NCBI GenBank assembly: GCA_964532425.1 | Contig: CAZHIA010000001.1 | Location: 201,481-265,480, forward strand | From: an uncultured Candidatus Saccharibacteria bacterium | Lineage (GTDB): Bacteria > Patescibacteriota > Doudnabacteria > UBA920 | Direction of reading: 5' to 3' | Length of the DNA: 64,000 bases | In this document: positions 39,760 through 48,824 of the stretch, one piece after another | Layout of the letters: every line of letters starts with the position of its first letter | Numbering within the stretch: the stretch's first letter is position 1 | The notes under the pieces: model-generated | Databases searched by the model: none | The model's input: only the letters and a program-made list of their open reading frames with translations | What the model was told of the DNA's origin: nothing | Made by a program: the position numbers and the translations under genes

Positions 39760-40218
39760 TTACGTGAAGTACTCTTCGAGGCGCTGGTTCAGTTCGGGTG
39801 TGACAGCGAACGTTCTGGTTGCCCCCATGCTGACATTCATTGAGGCACCGATCATTCGAACGAGGTCTTGCATTCTGGGGTTTCCGTTACTGTTTCTTGT
39901 CTGCGGGTGGTAGTAAAAGTCGACAGCAAACAGTGCGACAGTTTCGAAGAAGAATCCATAGAGGTCATCAGGGATCGGAACTTCGGTCCCGTCAGCTTTA
40001 AAAAGCTGGATGGGGAACACGCGGCGGACGGCTTCCGGGCTGGCCAGTTCGGATTCTGAGGCGTTGTTTAGTTCCGGGATGGGGATAGTGAAGCGGATGG
40101 TGTACCGCAGTTCTTTCCCGTTCCGTTTCAGGTACCCTTTGTATTCGCAGCCGTTGACTACCTGCTGGACATACAACTCAAATGAAAAGGGGATGCTCGG
40201 CGCTTGCACTTGTTCCAT
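39760..40218 (-). CDS. hypothetical protein
   Basis: 152-aa ORF. Confidence 0.45.
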   Translation of the reverse strand: MEQVQAPSIPFSFELYVQQVVNGCEYKGYLKRNGKELRYTIRFTIPIPELNNASESELASPEAVRRVFPIQLFKADGTEVPIPDDLYGFFFETVALFAVDFYYHPQTRNSNGNPRMQDLVRMIGASMNVSMGATRTFAVTPELNQRLEEYFT

Positions 40219-40301
40219 TGTTATACCCTCCTATGGGTGTAGATTGGCGGGTCCAAGAATTTTTCCTGATGGTGCGGTATACCGCGGTGACAGTCAAGCT
40301 G

Positions 40302-40610
40302 TTAGAGCACGGTGTAGCCGACGATCAGGGAGATGTGGGTGAAAAACGAGCTGTTTAACTTTTCCTTTGTAGACAGCTCGATGAGGCCGCTGTCAGTGAC
40401 AGAAAAGAGTGTTCCGGCAACTTCTTGGCCGGTAGCCATCATGAGCTTTATGGGCAGCTTGTGTTCTTCTCGCTCGCGTGCGAGCATCTGAAAATAGTTG
40501 ATGGTGACTTTTCTCCATGCATCGCTCTTGGTCAGGGCGCTGTTCGGCAGGTGGTCTAAAACCCATACTACGAATCCTCCGAAAAGAGCACATAAAACTG
40601 CTAATAGCAT
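40302..40610 (-). CDS. small membrane protein, hypothetical
   Basis: N-terminal TM helix. Confidence 0.35.
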   Translation of the reverse strand: MLLAVLCALFGGFVVWVLDHLPNSALTKSDAWRKVTINYFQMLAREREEHKLPIKLMMATGQEVAGTLFSVTDSGLIELSTKEKLNSSFFTHISLIVGYTVL

Positions 40611-40692
40611 AGATTCCTCCGTCCAAGTTGGATATACAACAGCAAAGGCCGCCTTTGTGTATGCTGGTCCGAGCGCAATGCGTATAATCTAC

Positions 40693-40941
40693 CTACCATT
40701 CGCCAAGCTGTCTTACCAGGTCCTGGACGCTGAAGTTGGGAATGGAGGCGGGGCCGATAACTTGCATACGTCCGCGCTTGGCGTTTGCTTGCATGAGTGC
40801 CAGGACGAGTCTGCCGCGGCTCGCTGCGTCAGCGCAGTTACCGAAGACTGGCGTGTCGTCTTTGATGGTAGCGGGATCAACCTTCAGAAATCCTGCTAAC
40901 GTATCGACCACCATTTGTCTTGTGGAAGTCGTGCTTGTCAT
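40693..40941 (-). CDS. small hypothetical protein (carrier-protein-like helical bundle?)
   Basis: 82-aa ORF with a GGAGGAAC SD. Weak resemblance to ACP spacing, but the phosphopantetheinyl Ser is absent. Confidence 0.35.
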   Translation of the reverse strand: MTSTTSTRQMVVDTLAGFLKVDPATIKDDTPVFGNCADAASRGRLVLALMQANAKRGRMQVIGPASIPNFSVQDLVRQLGEW

Positions 40942-41118
40942 TCTTGTTCCTCCTAAAACCTTTAGCCCTTGCTGCTGTCGTTTAGCTAAAGGACTTCCTA
41001 GTATACATTTAATAGTGCGCTCGTGTCCAGGATGGGTTGCAAGACAGCGGCACGGGCAGTGTTATAGAGGTGATCAAAAAGCGTACGCGGCTGCCGGGGC
41101 AGCGCGTACGCGTAGGGT

Positions 41119-41904
41119 TCATTCGAGGTCTGGGAGTGCGTTGGCATCGGCGAACATCTTGGAAGCGGCAGTCCTGTAGCGGATGGCTTCGTGGATATCG
41201 AGGTGGTCCGATTCGGTCCTAAGTTTTCCTTCCGCGTCAATGCTGATGTTGGGAAATTCCCGAACGATCGGTTCTACGAGGTACAAGGTATCGGCGGAAA
41301 GTCCGCCAGCTACCCCAAGTCCCACACCGGCATCTACGCTCGCGAGCGCCCGCAGGTAATCCAACATTTCTTCCGGGTCCAAAGGTTTTCCGGTGCCCCC
41401 GCTTGGGTCGAGCAGTACGTAGTCGACCAAGCCGCTGTACCCGTTCTTCACCTGGAACGCCAGTTCGACCGGGTTGTGATCGATCTTTTCGAATGCCGTG
41501 TGACCGATTTGGAGAACGATTGTCGGCCAACTGCCGAATTGCTCGCGGAATAGGTACAGGTTGCCGGGATTCGGCCAGGTCATGTTGAGCTGGAAGCCGT
41601 CAAAGTTCGGTCCGGCCAGTTCGATAATTTGCCCCAATTCGCTGACCAGGTTTCCTTCGTTCTTCGTTGTATAGTGGACCAGATTCAAAGTGTTCTTCTT
41701 GTCTACGAACAACTCCTTGATCCATTCCATTGCGGGGTAGCGGTTGGGCCATTTGTTCACGGCTCGTTGCAGCGTTTTGGAGCTTGCCAGGACCCCCACC
41801 ATAATTTGGCGGGCGGCTCGCATGGGGACTCGGGGAACGTTGCTTAACACGGTGTATACTTCGACGTCGCTCATGAAGCCGGTAATGCCTATGTAAGGCC
41901 TCAT
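41119..41904 (-). CDS. TIM-barrel protein resembling phosphoribosylanthranilate isomerase (TrpF-like)
   Basis: C-terminal half VLLDPSGGTGKPLD...GVGLGVAGGLSADTL...ISIDAEGKLR parallels TrpF phosphate-binding motifs. The N-terminal 100 aa are atypical. Confidence 0.45.
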   Translation of the reverse strand: MRPYIGITGFMSDVEVYTVLSNVPRVPMRAARQIMVGVLASSKTLQRAVNKWPNRYPAMEWIKELFVDKKNTLNLVHYTTKNEGNLVSELGQIIELAGPNFDGFQLNMTWPNPGNLYLFREQFGSWPTIVLQIGHTAFEKIDHNPVELAFQVKNGYSGLVDYVLLDPSGGTGKPLDPEEMLDYLRALASVDAGVGLGVAGGLSADTLYLVEPIVREFPNISIDAEGKLRTESDHLDIHEAIRYRTAASKMFADANALPDLE

Positions 41905-42056
41905 TGTCTTTCCTCCTTGGAAGTTCTTTGAAGACTTTGAATGGTATCAAGAAAGACTGTGATTGTCCAGGGATGCTATTTCAGGCGGTTGCAATATAAA
42001 GGGAGCTCTACGCATTATAAAAAACCGTCTCCGCGCTGGGAGACGGCAGTGCACTC

Positions 42057-42605
42057 TTAATGGACGTGTCCCTTCTTTTTCGGGGGAGGCGTTTCCCCGG
42101 TCGTTTCCGACCCGTTGTGCCTGAGGACAGCCGCGGCGTGGGCAATATCGTCATAGTCGACATCGAGCATTCCTTCGTGGTTCGCTGTGTGTAGCGTAAC
42201 ATGCGTCGGTCCGATGGCGGTGACTTTGCCGACTATGGTGGTACCGTCATTGAGCTGAAGCCTGACAATATGCCGGATGAATTTCAGGAACGGTGTAGCC
42301 GACGGATGGATGATCGTGCCAGGCTCTTTGAAGGAGACATTATGGGAGCCGAAATATTTCCGGCAAAATTTTACGAGGCGGATTTCTTCGGTGTCGTGTA
42401 CCGTGACGGTTATGTACCAACCGTTTGGGTGTTCGAAATAGCTGCTGATTGGCCGAAGGAAACTCCGGCCGCTGGAGGAGTCTGTCAGACGGAATGCCTC
42501 GCCGAAGGCTTTCATGAAATCCCATTCAAGCCCGAGCGGGACGATTATTTCCCACACGATGTTGCGCATAGTAACACGTGACTCGGCAGTGGGTGCTGGG
42601 TCCAT
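42057..42605 (-). CDS. hypothetical protein
   Basis: 182-aa ORF. Confidence 0.45.
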   Translation of the reverse strand: MDPAPTAESRVTMRNIVWEIIVPLGLEWDFMKAFGEAFRLTDSSSGRSFLRPISSYFEHPNGWYITVTVHDTEEIRLVKFCRKYFGSHNVSFKEPGTIIHPSATPFLKFIRHIVRLQLNDGTTIVGKVTAIGPTHVTLHTANHEGMLDVDYDDIAHAAAVLRHNGSETTGETPPPKKKGHVH

Positions 42606-42750
42606 CTATAACCTCCTTTACCGCCTCCTGTCGGCAATACTGCCCGATATGAGAGGCACTCATAGTATACCAATTCTCCTCTTAAATAAGAAATATTTTT
42701 TTTGCTGCCCACAATCGAAGTTGCTGCATCCCAATCCTAAAAAAAGTTTA

Positions 42751-42776
42751 CATTTTACTGCATATGCAGTAAAATG
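42751..42776. promoter_or_regulatory. 26-bp perfect palindrome CATTTTACTGCATATGCAGTAAAATG overlapping the start codon of 42774..43511
   Basis: Shares the CTGCATATGCAG core with the 44-bp palindrome family. Confidence 0.8.
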
Positions 42777-43511
42777 TTGAATATATTAACCGTTTGGAGA
42801 GATGGAGGAAATTCAAACGGGAACGCAGCGAGTGTTATGAGACAAAAAGATAAAAAAATCAGCATTAAGTATGTAGTCAAAAAACATTTACCTGAAAAGA
42901 AATCGAATACGCCACCTCTGTTTACGCCGGAGGAAGTGGCGAAACTGAAGACCGCAGGTAGTGTTGTACTTGGTATTGTCGTAGCGGCCGGAGCACTGAC
43001 GATTGCGGCCATGGCTCCAAATGCTCTGCAGCTCATCAAATTTCTGCCAGGGTTGAACAAGCGAAATAAGCGTTATTCTGAGAGCGAAGAAATTGCCAAG
43101 GCGGTGTACTATTTACGGGACAGGGGATATGTGGAATTGTTACCTCGTGGCAATGATTATGAAATACGGGTTACAAAAAAAGGACACAAGAGAATTTTAA
43201 AATTTGACCTTCAGAAGCTGGAAGTCCCGCGACCCGAAAAATGGGATGGCAAGTGGTGGATTATTATTGCGGATGTACCGATTAATGAGCGCGTGCATGC
43301 AGGCTATTTGAGGGACAAGTTCAAAGCCATGTGCTTTTTCCCGCTCCAAAAAACCGTATGGGTCTATCCGTACGATCCGCGCGACCAGGTGGATTTTGTC
43401 TCCTCGTACTTTAGCTTGGAACGGTTTCTCACCATATTGCGGGCAGACAAGCTGGATCCAGAAGATGAAAAAGAACTCACTTCTTTCTTTAAGGAACACA
43501 GTATACTCTAA
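42774..43511 (+). CDS. PaaX-like protein: N-terminal TM segment + winged-HTH + PaaX-C/Cas2-like domain
   Basis: The wHTH region EIAKAVYYLRDRGYVELL... is followed by KWDGKWWIIIADVP...LRDKF....FPLQKTVWVYPYD, which matches the PaaX C-terminal pattern. Confidence 0.5.
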   Translation: MLNILTVWRDGGNSNGNAASVMRQKDKKISIKYVVKKHLPEKKSNTPPLFTPEEVAKLKTAGSVVLGIVVAAGALTIAAMAPNALQLIKFLPGLNKRNKRYSESEEIAKAVYYLRDRGYVELLPRGNDYEIRVTKKGHKRILKFDLQKLEVPRPEKWDGKWWIIIADVPINERVHAGYLRDKFKAMCFFPLQKTVWVYPYDPRDQVDFVSSYFSLERFLTILRADKLDPEDEKELTSFFKEHSIL

Positions 43512-43541
43512 GTATATCTAGAAAGTAATCCATATCCTGTA

Positions 43542-43585
43542 GTCATTCTACAAAAAGCTGCATATGCAGCTTTTTGTAGAATGAC
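43542..43585. repeat. 44-bp perfect palindrome GTCATTCTACAAAAAGCTGCATATGCAGCTTTTTGTAGAATGAC (family copy 1)
   Basis: Seen directly. It doubles as a bidirectional A-run/hairpin/T-run terminator. Confidence 0.9.
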
Positions 43586-43784
43586 TTTCATTAGGTAAAT
43601 TTAATGAGGGCATAATCAATTTCTCAAGCTTGACGCTTATGGTGATATGGTGTTTAAATAGAGAGTCCGCACGGACTTACCTGATCCGAATAAAACCTAA
43701 CTTGCTAACCACATGTTGGGTTCGGAAAGGGACAACTGTTGCGCTAGACACGCAATGGTACTTCAATTTGAAAGAGGATTATAA

Positions 43785-44495
43785 ATGTCTGCTAAGCACA
43801 GACCTGCAGAAGTTTTTCGTCCTGTTGACCGGCTCACAGACCTCTTCACCCGGGTATACCAGGAAATGAAGAAGGGTCAGCGCAGCCCGGAGATGGATAA
43901 GGCACTGCTGGATTCGCTCCAGTGGTATCACGAAAACCGTTTGGGGATTGTCATACGTACCGAACCGAAGAAGGCCGCTGTCACCCCTGAAGAAACTCAG
44001 AGGCTTCTTTCCATTCCGATATTTGATTCGACGATTGATTGGAGGATTCAGCGCTACTGCAAGCCGCTGGGCATTCACTACGTCGGCGAACTTTATCTTA
44101 TTGAATGGAAGTACCCCAGAGACCAGAAGCACTCGCAATCCGTGGCGCGGGCAATGGTGGAAGACTTTCTGATCGGCCTTGGCTTTCCTCCTGCGGCGAC
44201 GCTCGAAGAGCTCGACTGGAAACCGCCGTACGACAACGACGAGTTTCGTCGTCTGCTCGATCAGCCCATCGAAACCATAACAACCCAGCACTTTAGTTAC
44301 CAGAGGATATTTCTCGGGTGGAAATACGACAAGATGAGAGAAGTATTTATCGGAGATGCCTTTGGTAAATCCAAACGGGACAACGACTACTTCCGTTCTT
44401 TCCGGGAACACGGCAAGAAAGACAAAGGGCTGCACGCAGGGATGTGGGCAAGAGGCTGGAAGCGGCCCGTTGCATTGGAGGTGGCCAATGGTTAA
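43785..44495 (+). CDS. hypothetical protein
   Basis: 236-aa ORF, overlapping by 8 nt (ATGgtTAA) with the next gene. Confidence 0.5.
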   Translation: MSAKHRPAEVFRPVDRLTDLFTRVYQEMKKGQRSPEMDKALLDSLQWYHENRLGIVIRTEPKKAAVTPEETQRLLSIPIFDSTIDWRIQRYCKPLGIHYVGELYLIEWKYPRDQKHSQSVARAMVEDFLIGLGFPPAATLEELDWKPPYDNDEFRRLLDQPIETITTQHFSYQRIFLGWKYDKMREVFIGDAFGKSKRDNDYFRSFREHGKKDKGLHAGMWARGWKRPVALEVANG

Positions 44496-44736
44496 CTGCG
44501 GCAAGTGCGAGAAAGCGGCGCGGTGGCGGTTAATAACCAAGACCGAAGGTTTTGGGAATTCGGATGCTGGCGGTGCAGCCCATATCCGTTACGCCTGCGA
44601 TGGCCACAGGGACGAGGTGAAGGGGGAGATGGAAGTTACCATCGCTGACGGCGAACGAGCGTGCGGCAATCCGCTGTATCCGCAGTTCTCCAAACTCGGA
44701 TTCGGCCCCGTTCAAACCGTTCCGTTCCGGCAGTAG
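44488..44736 (+). CDS. small zinc-ribbon protein, hypothetical
   Basis: CGKC...C.GH motif. Translationally coupled to the upstream gene. Confidence 0.4.
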   Translation: MVNCGKCEKAARWRLITKTEGFGNSDAGGAAHIRYACDGHRDEVKGEMEVTIADGERACGNPLYPQFSKLGFGPVQTVPFRQ

Positions 44737-44855
44737 CAAGACATGTATTTACACAACCAGCATACGTGCTGGCACGCAGCGCGCGTCTCGGATTCTATCC
44801 GGACGCGCGCTTTCTAATTGTTCCCACAAAGGTCACCTTCGTTTATTCAAAATAT

Positions 44856-44886
44856 AAAACCACCCTTCGACAAGCTCAGGGTGGTT
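44856..44886. terminator. conserved bidirectional terminator hairpin AAAACCACCCttcgacaagctcaGGGTGGTT (family copy 1)
   Basis: Sits between convergent genes. Near-identical copies lie at 46025 and 56218. Confidence 0.8.
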
Positions 44887-44918
44887 ATGGAGACGAAAAG
44901 CACATGGCGCCGTTTTGC

Positions 44919-45128
44919 CTATTTTGGTTCATCGTGCCCGGGGTCGTCCAATCCAGCGGCGATGTTGACTGCCTCTATGGATCGCTGCATTGCTTCGTTG
45001 TCGACAACCTCCGCAACCTGGTCGTACGTTAGCATGGCTACCATAATTGTGGCTTCCTTCAGTTCCCTGTCAGTCATGAAAAGGTTAGCCCGCAACTTCT
45101 GCTCGAAGAATGCTCTTTTTTCTCTCAT
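44919..45128 (-). CDS. small hypothetical protein
   Basis: 69-aa ORF with a strong GGAGGAAAGT SD. Confidence 0.4.
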   Translation of the reverse strand: MREKRAFFEQKLRANLFMTDRELKEATIMVAMLTYDQVAEVVDNEAMQRSIEAVNIAAGLDDPGHDEPK

Positions 45129-45287
45129 ACTTTCCTCCGGTCGTAAGATAGCTTAGGATAGCATGGCGTACGTACGCTGTCCAGAATGGGCAAACCCGGC
45201 ACCTTTACAAATAGTCCCTGCATTGCTATTCTGAATTTTCCATGATCCGGCCTGCGGGCAGGGGATTGGATGGAGAGGAGGAAGTGA

Positions 45288-45629
45288 GTGATTAAGTCGA
45301 ATGAGCGGGAAAAAGGGGATGTGACGATCGTGGACATTAGCGGGCGAATATCGCTCGGGCAGGGTGCAGACAGTTTGAGGGAAATAACCATTGACCTGGT
45401 TCGCAGAGGTCGGAAGAAGGTTATTCTCAACCTGGCCGAAACTTCTTACATCGACTCCAGTGGTATAGGGGAACTCGTGAGCGGTTTTACCCGTCTGGCC
45501 AATCACGGCGCTGAGCTTAAGCTGCTGGTTATTGGAAAGCGGCTTAAGGACTTGCTCAAAATGATAGGACTTTATACAGTCTTCGACATGTTCGAGGACG
45601 AAAACGAAGCTGTCCGAAGTTTCCAGTAG
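45288..45629 (+). CDS. STAS-domain anti-sigma-factor antagonist (SpoIIAA-like)
   Basis: YIDSSGIGEL phosphorylatable-Ser motif. 113 aa, with a GTG start and a GGAGAGGAGG SD. Confidence 0.8.
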   Translation: MIKSNEREKGDVTIVDISGRISLGQGADSLREITIDLVRRGRKKVILNLAETSYIDSSGIGELVSGFTRLANHGAELKLLVIGKRLKDLLKMIGLYTVFDMFEDENEAVRSFQ

Positions 45630-45641
45630 TAGGGAGGGAGA

Positions 45642-45992
45642 ATGGTAAAATTCAACATCACGGAAATTCAGGATGTCACCGTCCTTGATGCGTCGGGCAG
45701 GATCACACTCGGCGAAGGCTCGGTAATGCTACGGGACACATTCCGCGCGCTGGTTGCCGAAGGGAAACGCAAATTCGTTCTGTGTGTCGGTGATGTCAGC
45801 TACATCGACTCTTCCGGCATCGGCGAAATGGTCTCCGGACAGCATGTGGTAACCAAGAGCGGCGGAGAAATCAAACTCGCCGCGCTCACCAAACGCGTGA
45901 AGGACCTGCTTCAGATCACCAAGCTTTATACCGATTTCAGCGTCTACGACACTTCCGAAGACGCCGTCGAGGCGTTTCTGAAGGCGAAATAA
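45642..45992 (+). CDS. STAS-domain anti-sigma-factor antagonist, tandem paralogue
   Basis: YIDSSGIGEM motif. About 40% identical to the upstream gene. Confidence 0.8.
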   Translation: MVKFNITEIQDVTVLDASGRITLGEGSVMLRDTFRALVAEGKRKFVLCVGDVSYIDSSGIGEMVSGQHVVTKSGGEIKLAALTKRVKDLLQITKLYTDFSVYDTSEDAVEAFLKAK

Positions 45993-46024
45993 TAAGCACA
46001 AACAAATGGGGCACGTCCCTACAC

Positions 46025-46058
46025 AAAACCACCCTAGCTAGAACAAAGGGTGGTTTTT
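46025..46058. terminator. conserved terminator hairpin AAAACCACCCtagctagaacaaaGGGTGGTTTTT (family copy 2)
   Basis: Seen directly after the STAS pair. Confidence 0.8.
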
Positions 46059-46176
46059 ATATATCTTTGATGGACAAAATCGTTTACGAAGATTACGAAG
46101 GTGACCTTTGTAAATTCAAATTAAAAAGGCGGCACTGCGTGAGTGCCGCCGTTCTGTTTTGACGGTCTATAAATAT

Positions 46177-46362
46177 TTAGCCTCCTCCTGGCTCTAGTTT
46201 TTCTCCACAGTAGGGACAACACCATACGCGGTTGAGTTGGGGCTCTTGCAGGGTGAAGTAAAATACACCCCAGAAAACAGCGCCGAGGTCTTGGAACTGC
46301 TTTACATGCATTCCGTATGGCCTGCCCACCCCTTTGGGGCACTTATGCTCCTTCAAAGACAA
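46177..46362 (-). CDS. small Cys-rich protein (CPYCGEK zinc ribbon), hypothetical
   Basis: The ORF starts with TTG. An own terminator lies at 46125-46165. The start is uncertain, and an internal ATG is possible. Confidence 0.3.
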   Translation of the reverse strand: MSLKEHKCPKGVGRPYGMHVKQFQDLGAVFWGVFYFTLQEPQLNRVWCCPYCGEKLEPGGG

Positions 46363-46474
46363 CCTCCTTCCCTTCGTTCTTGGCTTATATCTCCCCGTTT
46401 GATAATTCCCAAAAGACGCTTTATTTTACCAAAAACTTTCGCAAAAGCAAAGGCATATTTAATGTATCTAATGT

Positions 46475-46518
46475 ATTATTCTACAAAAAGCTGCATATGC
46501 AGTTTTTTGTAGAATAAT
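46475..46518. repeat. 44-bp palindrome ATTATTCTACAAAAAGCTGCATATGCAGTTTTTTGTAGAATAAT (family copy 2, 1 mismatch)
   Basis: Seen directly. Confidence 0.9.
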
Positions 46519-46638
46519 CATGATTGAGTATGGGAATATACGAAGATGACCATTGTATGGGGACCTTTGTAACACAAAACCACCGCATGAGCGGCGGTTT
46601 AAAGTTTTTTTGTGGGGATACCTGGCCTACTTCGCTTT

Positions 46639-46953
46639 TCAGGCTACGCTGATCTCTGTGAAAAAACCTTTAAGCATTTCTTTCAGAACTGTTTTTCCTT
46701 TGGTTGTTTTAAAATACCTTTCCCTTTTTAGTGCATCAAATTTGTTCGGAAAAGCTTCATAAAAAATTAATTCAAGCGGTCTGCGATTTCGGGTGGAGAT
46801 ATTTTTTCCAGAATTATGATCTTTAACTCTTGTTTTTAAATCTTCAGAGTACCCAATATAAAACAGTCTATCTTTCAGGCTGCGGAGAATATAAACATAG
46901 TAAAATTTTACTGGCATATGTTTGTTTATACTATTTTGGTTATAGTATATCAC
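46639..46953 (-). CDS. GIY-YIG nuclease-family protein (small, URI-domain only)
   Basis: FYYVYILRS..DRLFYIGYSEDLKTRVKDHNSGK....RP..LIFYE motifs. The start is probably the internal Met (MPVKFYYVY). Confidence 0.75.
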   Translation of the reverse strand: MIYYNQNSINKHMPVKFYYVYILRSLKDRLFYIGYSEDLKTRVKDHNSGKNISTRNRRPLELIFYEAFPNKFDALKRERYFKTTKGKTVLKEMLKGFFTEISVA

Positions 46954-46963
46954 TAATTAAAAC

Positions 46964-47100
46964 AGCCCTGAACCACTCGGCCTGAAGGCCTTGGGTACAG
47001 GGCATGTATCAGTCGCTCATGGCTGCACTAGCCCTGAACCAGTCATCCGCCCAAAGCGGATTCCGGTACAGGGCATATACCACTCGCACTTTCATGTATA
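46964..47100. repeat. two tandem ~66-71-nt hairpin-containing repeats (AGCCCTGAACC...GGTACAGGGCAT...ATGGCTGC)
   Basis: Seen directly, immediately 3' of the tmRNA gene on its strand. Confidence 0.7.
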
Positions 47101-47137
47101 TGGCTGCGCCATATACCCGAGCAAAGCGAGTGGTATA

Positions 47138-47526
47138 TGGTGGAGATGCCGGGAGTTAAACCCGGGTCCAAAACGTATCGATCTTCCCATTATTCACAAG
47201 ATTAGTCGGTTATTGTACCTCTATGATATCCAACCGACAACGAATCATAAAGGCTGATATACAAGTCTTGTTCCCGGCAGGTATATCGGCCACCGGGCTA
47301 GCAACCTCTAATGAACCCACTAACCCCGAGCGGAGGTGCGCGCGGGAGTGAGGTAACAACCTAAAGTTAGGCCATTACAGGTGCGAGGTCGGCGTTTTGA
47401 AACGCGGCCACTACCTTTTGCCAGGAATTGGCATTTGTTGGTTGATCGCAGGATTTTCGAGGTCAGCAATCGTGCTCGTCTTGCATATGAAAAGATGTCA
47501 AAGTTCTGTCAAAAACCGTCATCCCC
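47138..47526 (-). ncRNA. ssrA: tmRNA (SsrA), one-piece
   Basis: On the minus strand the 5' end is GGGGAUGACGG and the 3' end is GGACCCGGGUUUAACUCCCGGCAUCUCCACCA. The 7-bp acceptor stem has a G3-U pair (alanine identity). A T-arm with a 7-nt loop is followed by ACCA. An internal tag-like frame follows a UAGUG context, analogous to E. coli UAGUC-GCA: GCC GCG UUU CAA AAC GCC GAC CUC GCA CCU GUA AUG GCC UAA (AAFQNADLAPVMA*). Confidence 0.7.
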
Positions 47527-47823
47527 ATAAAAAACTTCCAGAGGATAGTCCTGTACCCGACTCAAAGGAGTGGTATCAGGGCATCCCCGTGGATAATACT
47601 GTAGCATAAATTTTCCGTCAGGTCAATAAATTGGGTAAAAGACGACTTTTATATGCGCTAATTTATGGCTTATATAAGCCATAAATATATATTAATATTG
47701 ACAATATGACTAAAATGTTATATAATATACGGATACTTTCCAAGTATCAAAAAGGCTTTGCTGTGTGCCTTAACCAAACACTTCACGGCTCTTTATTGAG
47801 CTTTCAAAGGAGGTTCATTCCCA

Positions 47824-48413
47824 TGAATGAACAGATTTTTGACACCATCACGGTCGAATTTGATATCCTGTATCATGCATCGATCGAGCTGAGTGAGAAT
47901 GGAACATTTTCCATCACTCAGAAGTGCCAAGACGACCACGCCACGGCCAAAATCGCTAACAAGGACATCGAAGCTCTTGAGGCAGCTCTTCGGGAGGGTT
48001 TTAGAAACCCTAAAAACCGGCATGCGATTCACAGCATCTCGATCACGTTCAACAAGATGCGGCTCCCTCGGATGCAGATGTATGTCCCGGACAGTCAGGA
48101 CGAAAACGGTTTTCGGCAAGGGCTCGGGGTGCATGGCTTCGATGGGTTTACATTCATTTCTGATTGTGACCCGAAGTCAAAGCTGGTCACGATTATGATC
48201 CATCCGCACCAGATCACCGACGCCGACAAGACCTACGAGCAAGTTTTTAAGGCCTTCGTTGGCTTTGCGAGAAAGACTGTGCAGTTTGCGCGGAGTGGCG
48301 ACGCGATTACTAACCTTATTCGCGCGCTGCGCAAGCAGCCGACGGATGAAGGCTACATCTCCCGGGCCATTCACACGGCCTACGGCGAGATGAGCAAGCA
48401 GGCTCGCTACTAG
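47824..48413 (+). CDS. hypothetical protein
   Basis: Start at the internal ATG with an AAGGAGG SD (MNEQIFDTITVEF...). Confidence 0.5.
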
Positions 48414-48462
48414 TCGCGCAGAAGTGTACTAAGGGAATTTGGACCACACCGGGAGGGTGTAA

Positions 48463-48645
48463 ATGAAGCTATTTCTGCTCGTTTTTGAAGACAACCAGCT
48501 GGAGCTGGTTGACGCCGGGTGCATTTACACTTCTCCGGAAGTCGCGGAGGGTGTGAGAGTTGTCCGTCAGGGAATGTGGCCGGATCGGACGCTTGTCGTC
48601 CGGCCTATGGATGCCGACACGCGGAAGAGTTTCGCCGCGGTTTAG
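48463..48645 (+). CDS. small hypothetical protein
   Basis: 60-aa ORF with a GGGAGGG SD. Confidence 0.4.
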   Translation: MKLFLLVFEDNQLELVDAGCIYTSPEVAEGVRVVRQGMWPDRTLVVRPMDADTRKSFAAV

Positions 48646-48701
48646 TCGGCCAAACCAAAAAGAGGGAAGATGAATCGAGCGTTGTCCTGTGACGACGCGC
48701 A

Positions 48702-48744
48702 CTGCCGCCAAGACATCTTCGGATGTTGAGGCGGCTTTGTTTTG
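48702..48744. terminator. repeated terminator hairpin CTGCCGCCAAGACATCTTCGGATGTTGAGGCGGCTTTGTTTT (copy 1)
   Basis: An identical 40-nt copy lies at 49645..49688. Confidence 0.85.
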
Positions 48745-48824
48745 TCCGCTTACAATATAAAAACCGCCACAACACCCAAGACTTCGGGTGCGGGCGGTGT
48801 TTGATGAGCGACCAGGCTGCTCGG

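Noticed and set aside
47138-47170. tRNA gene ending in CCA
   Set aside because: The T-arm/acceptor/CCA is part of a 389-nt tmRNA, given the 5' GGGGAUGACGG pairing with a G-U and the internal tag ORF. No 75-90-nt cloverleaf with an anticodon arm is present.
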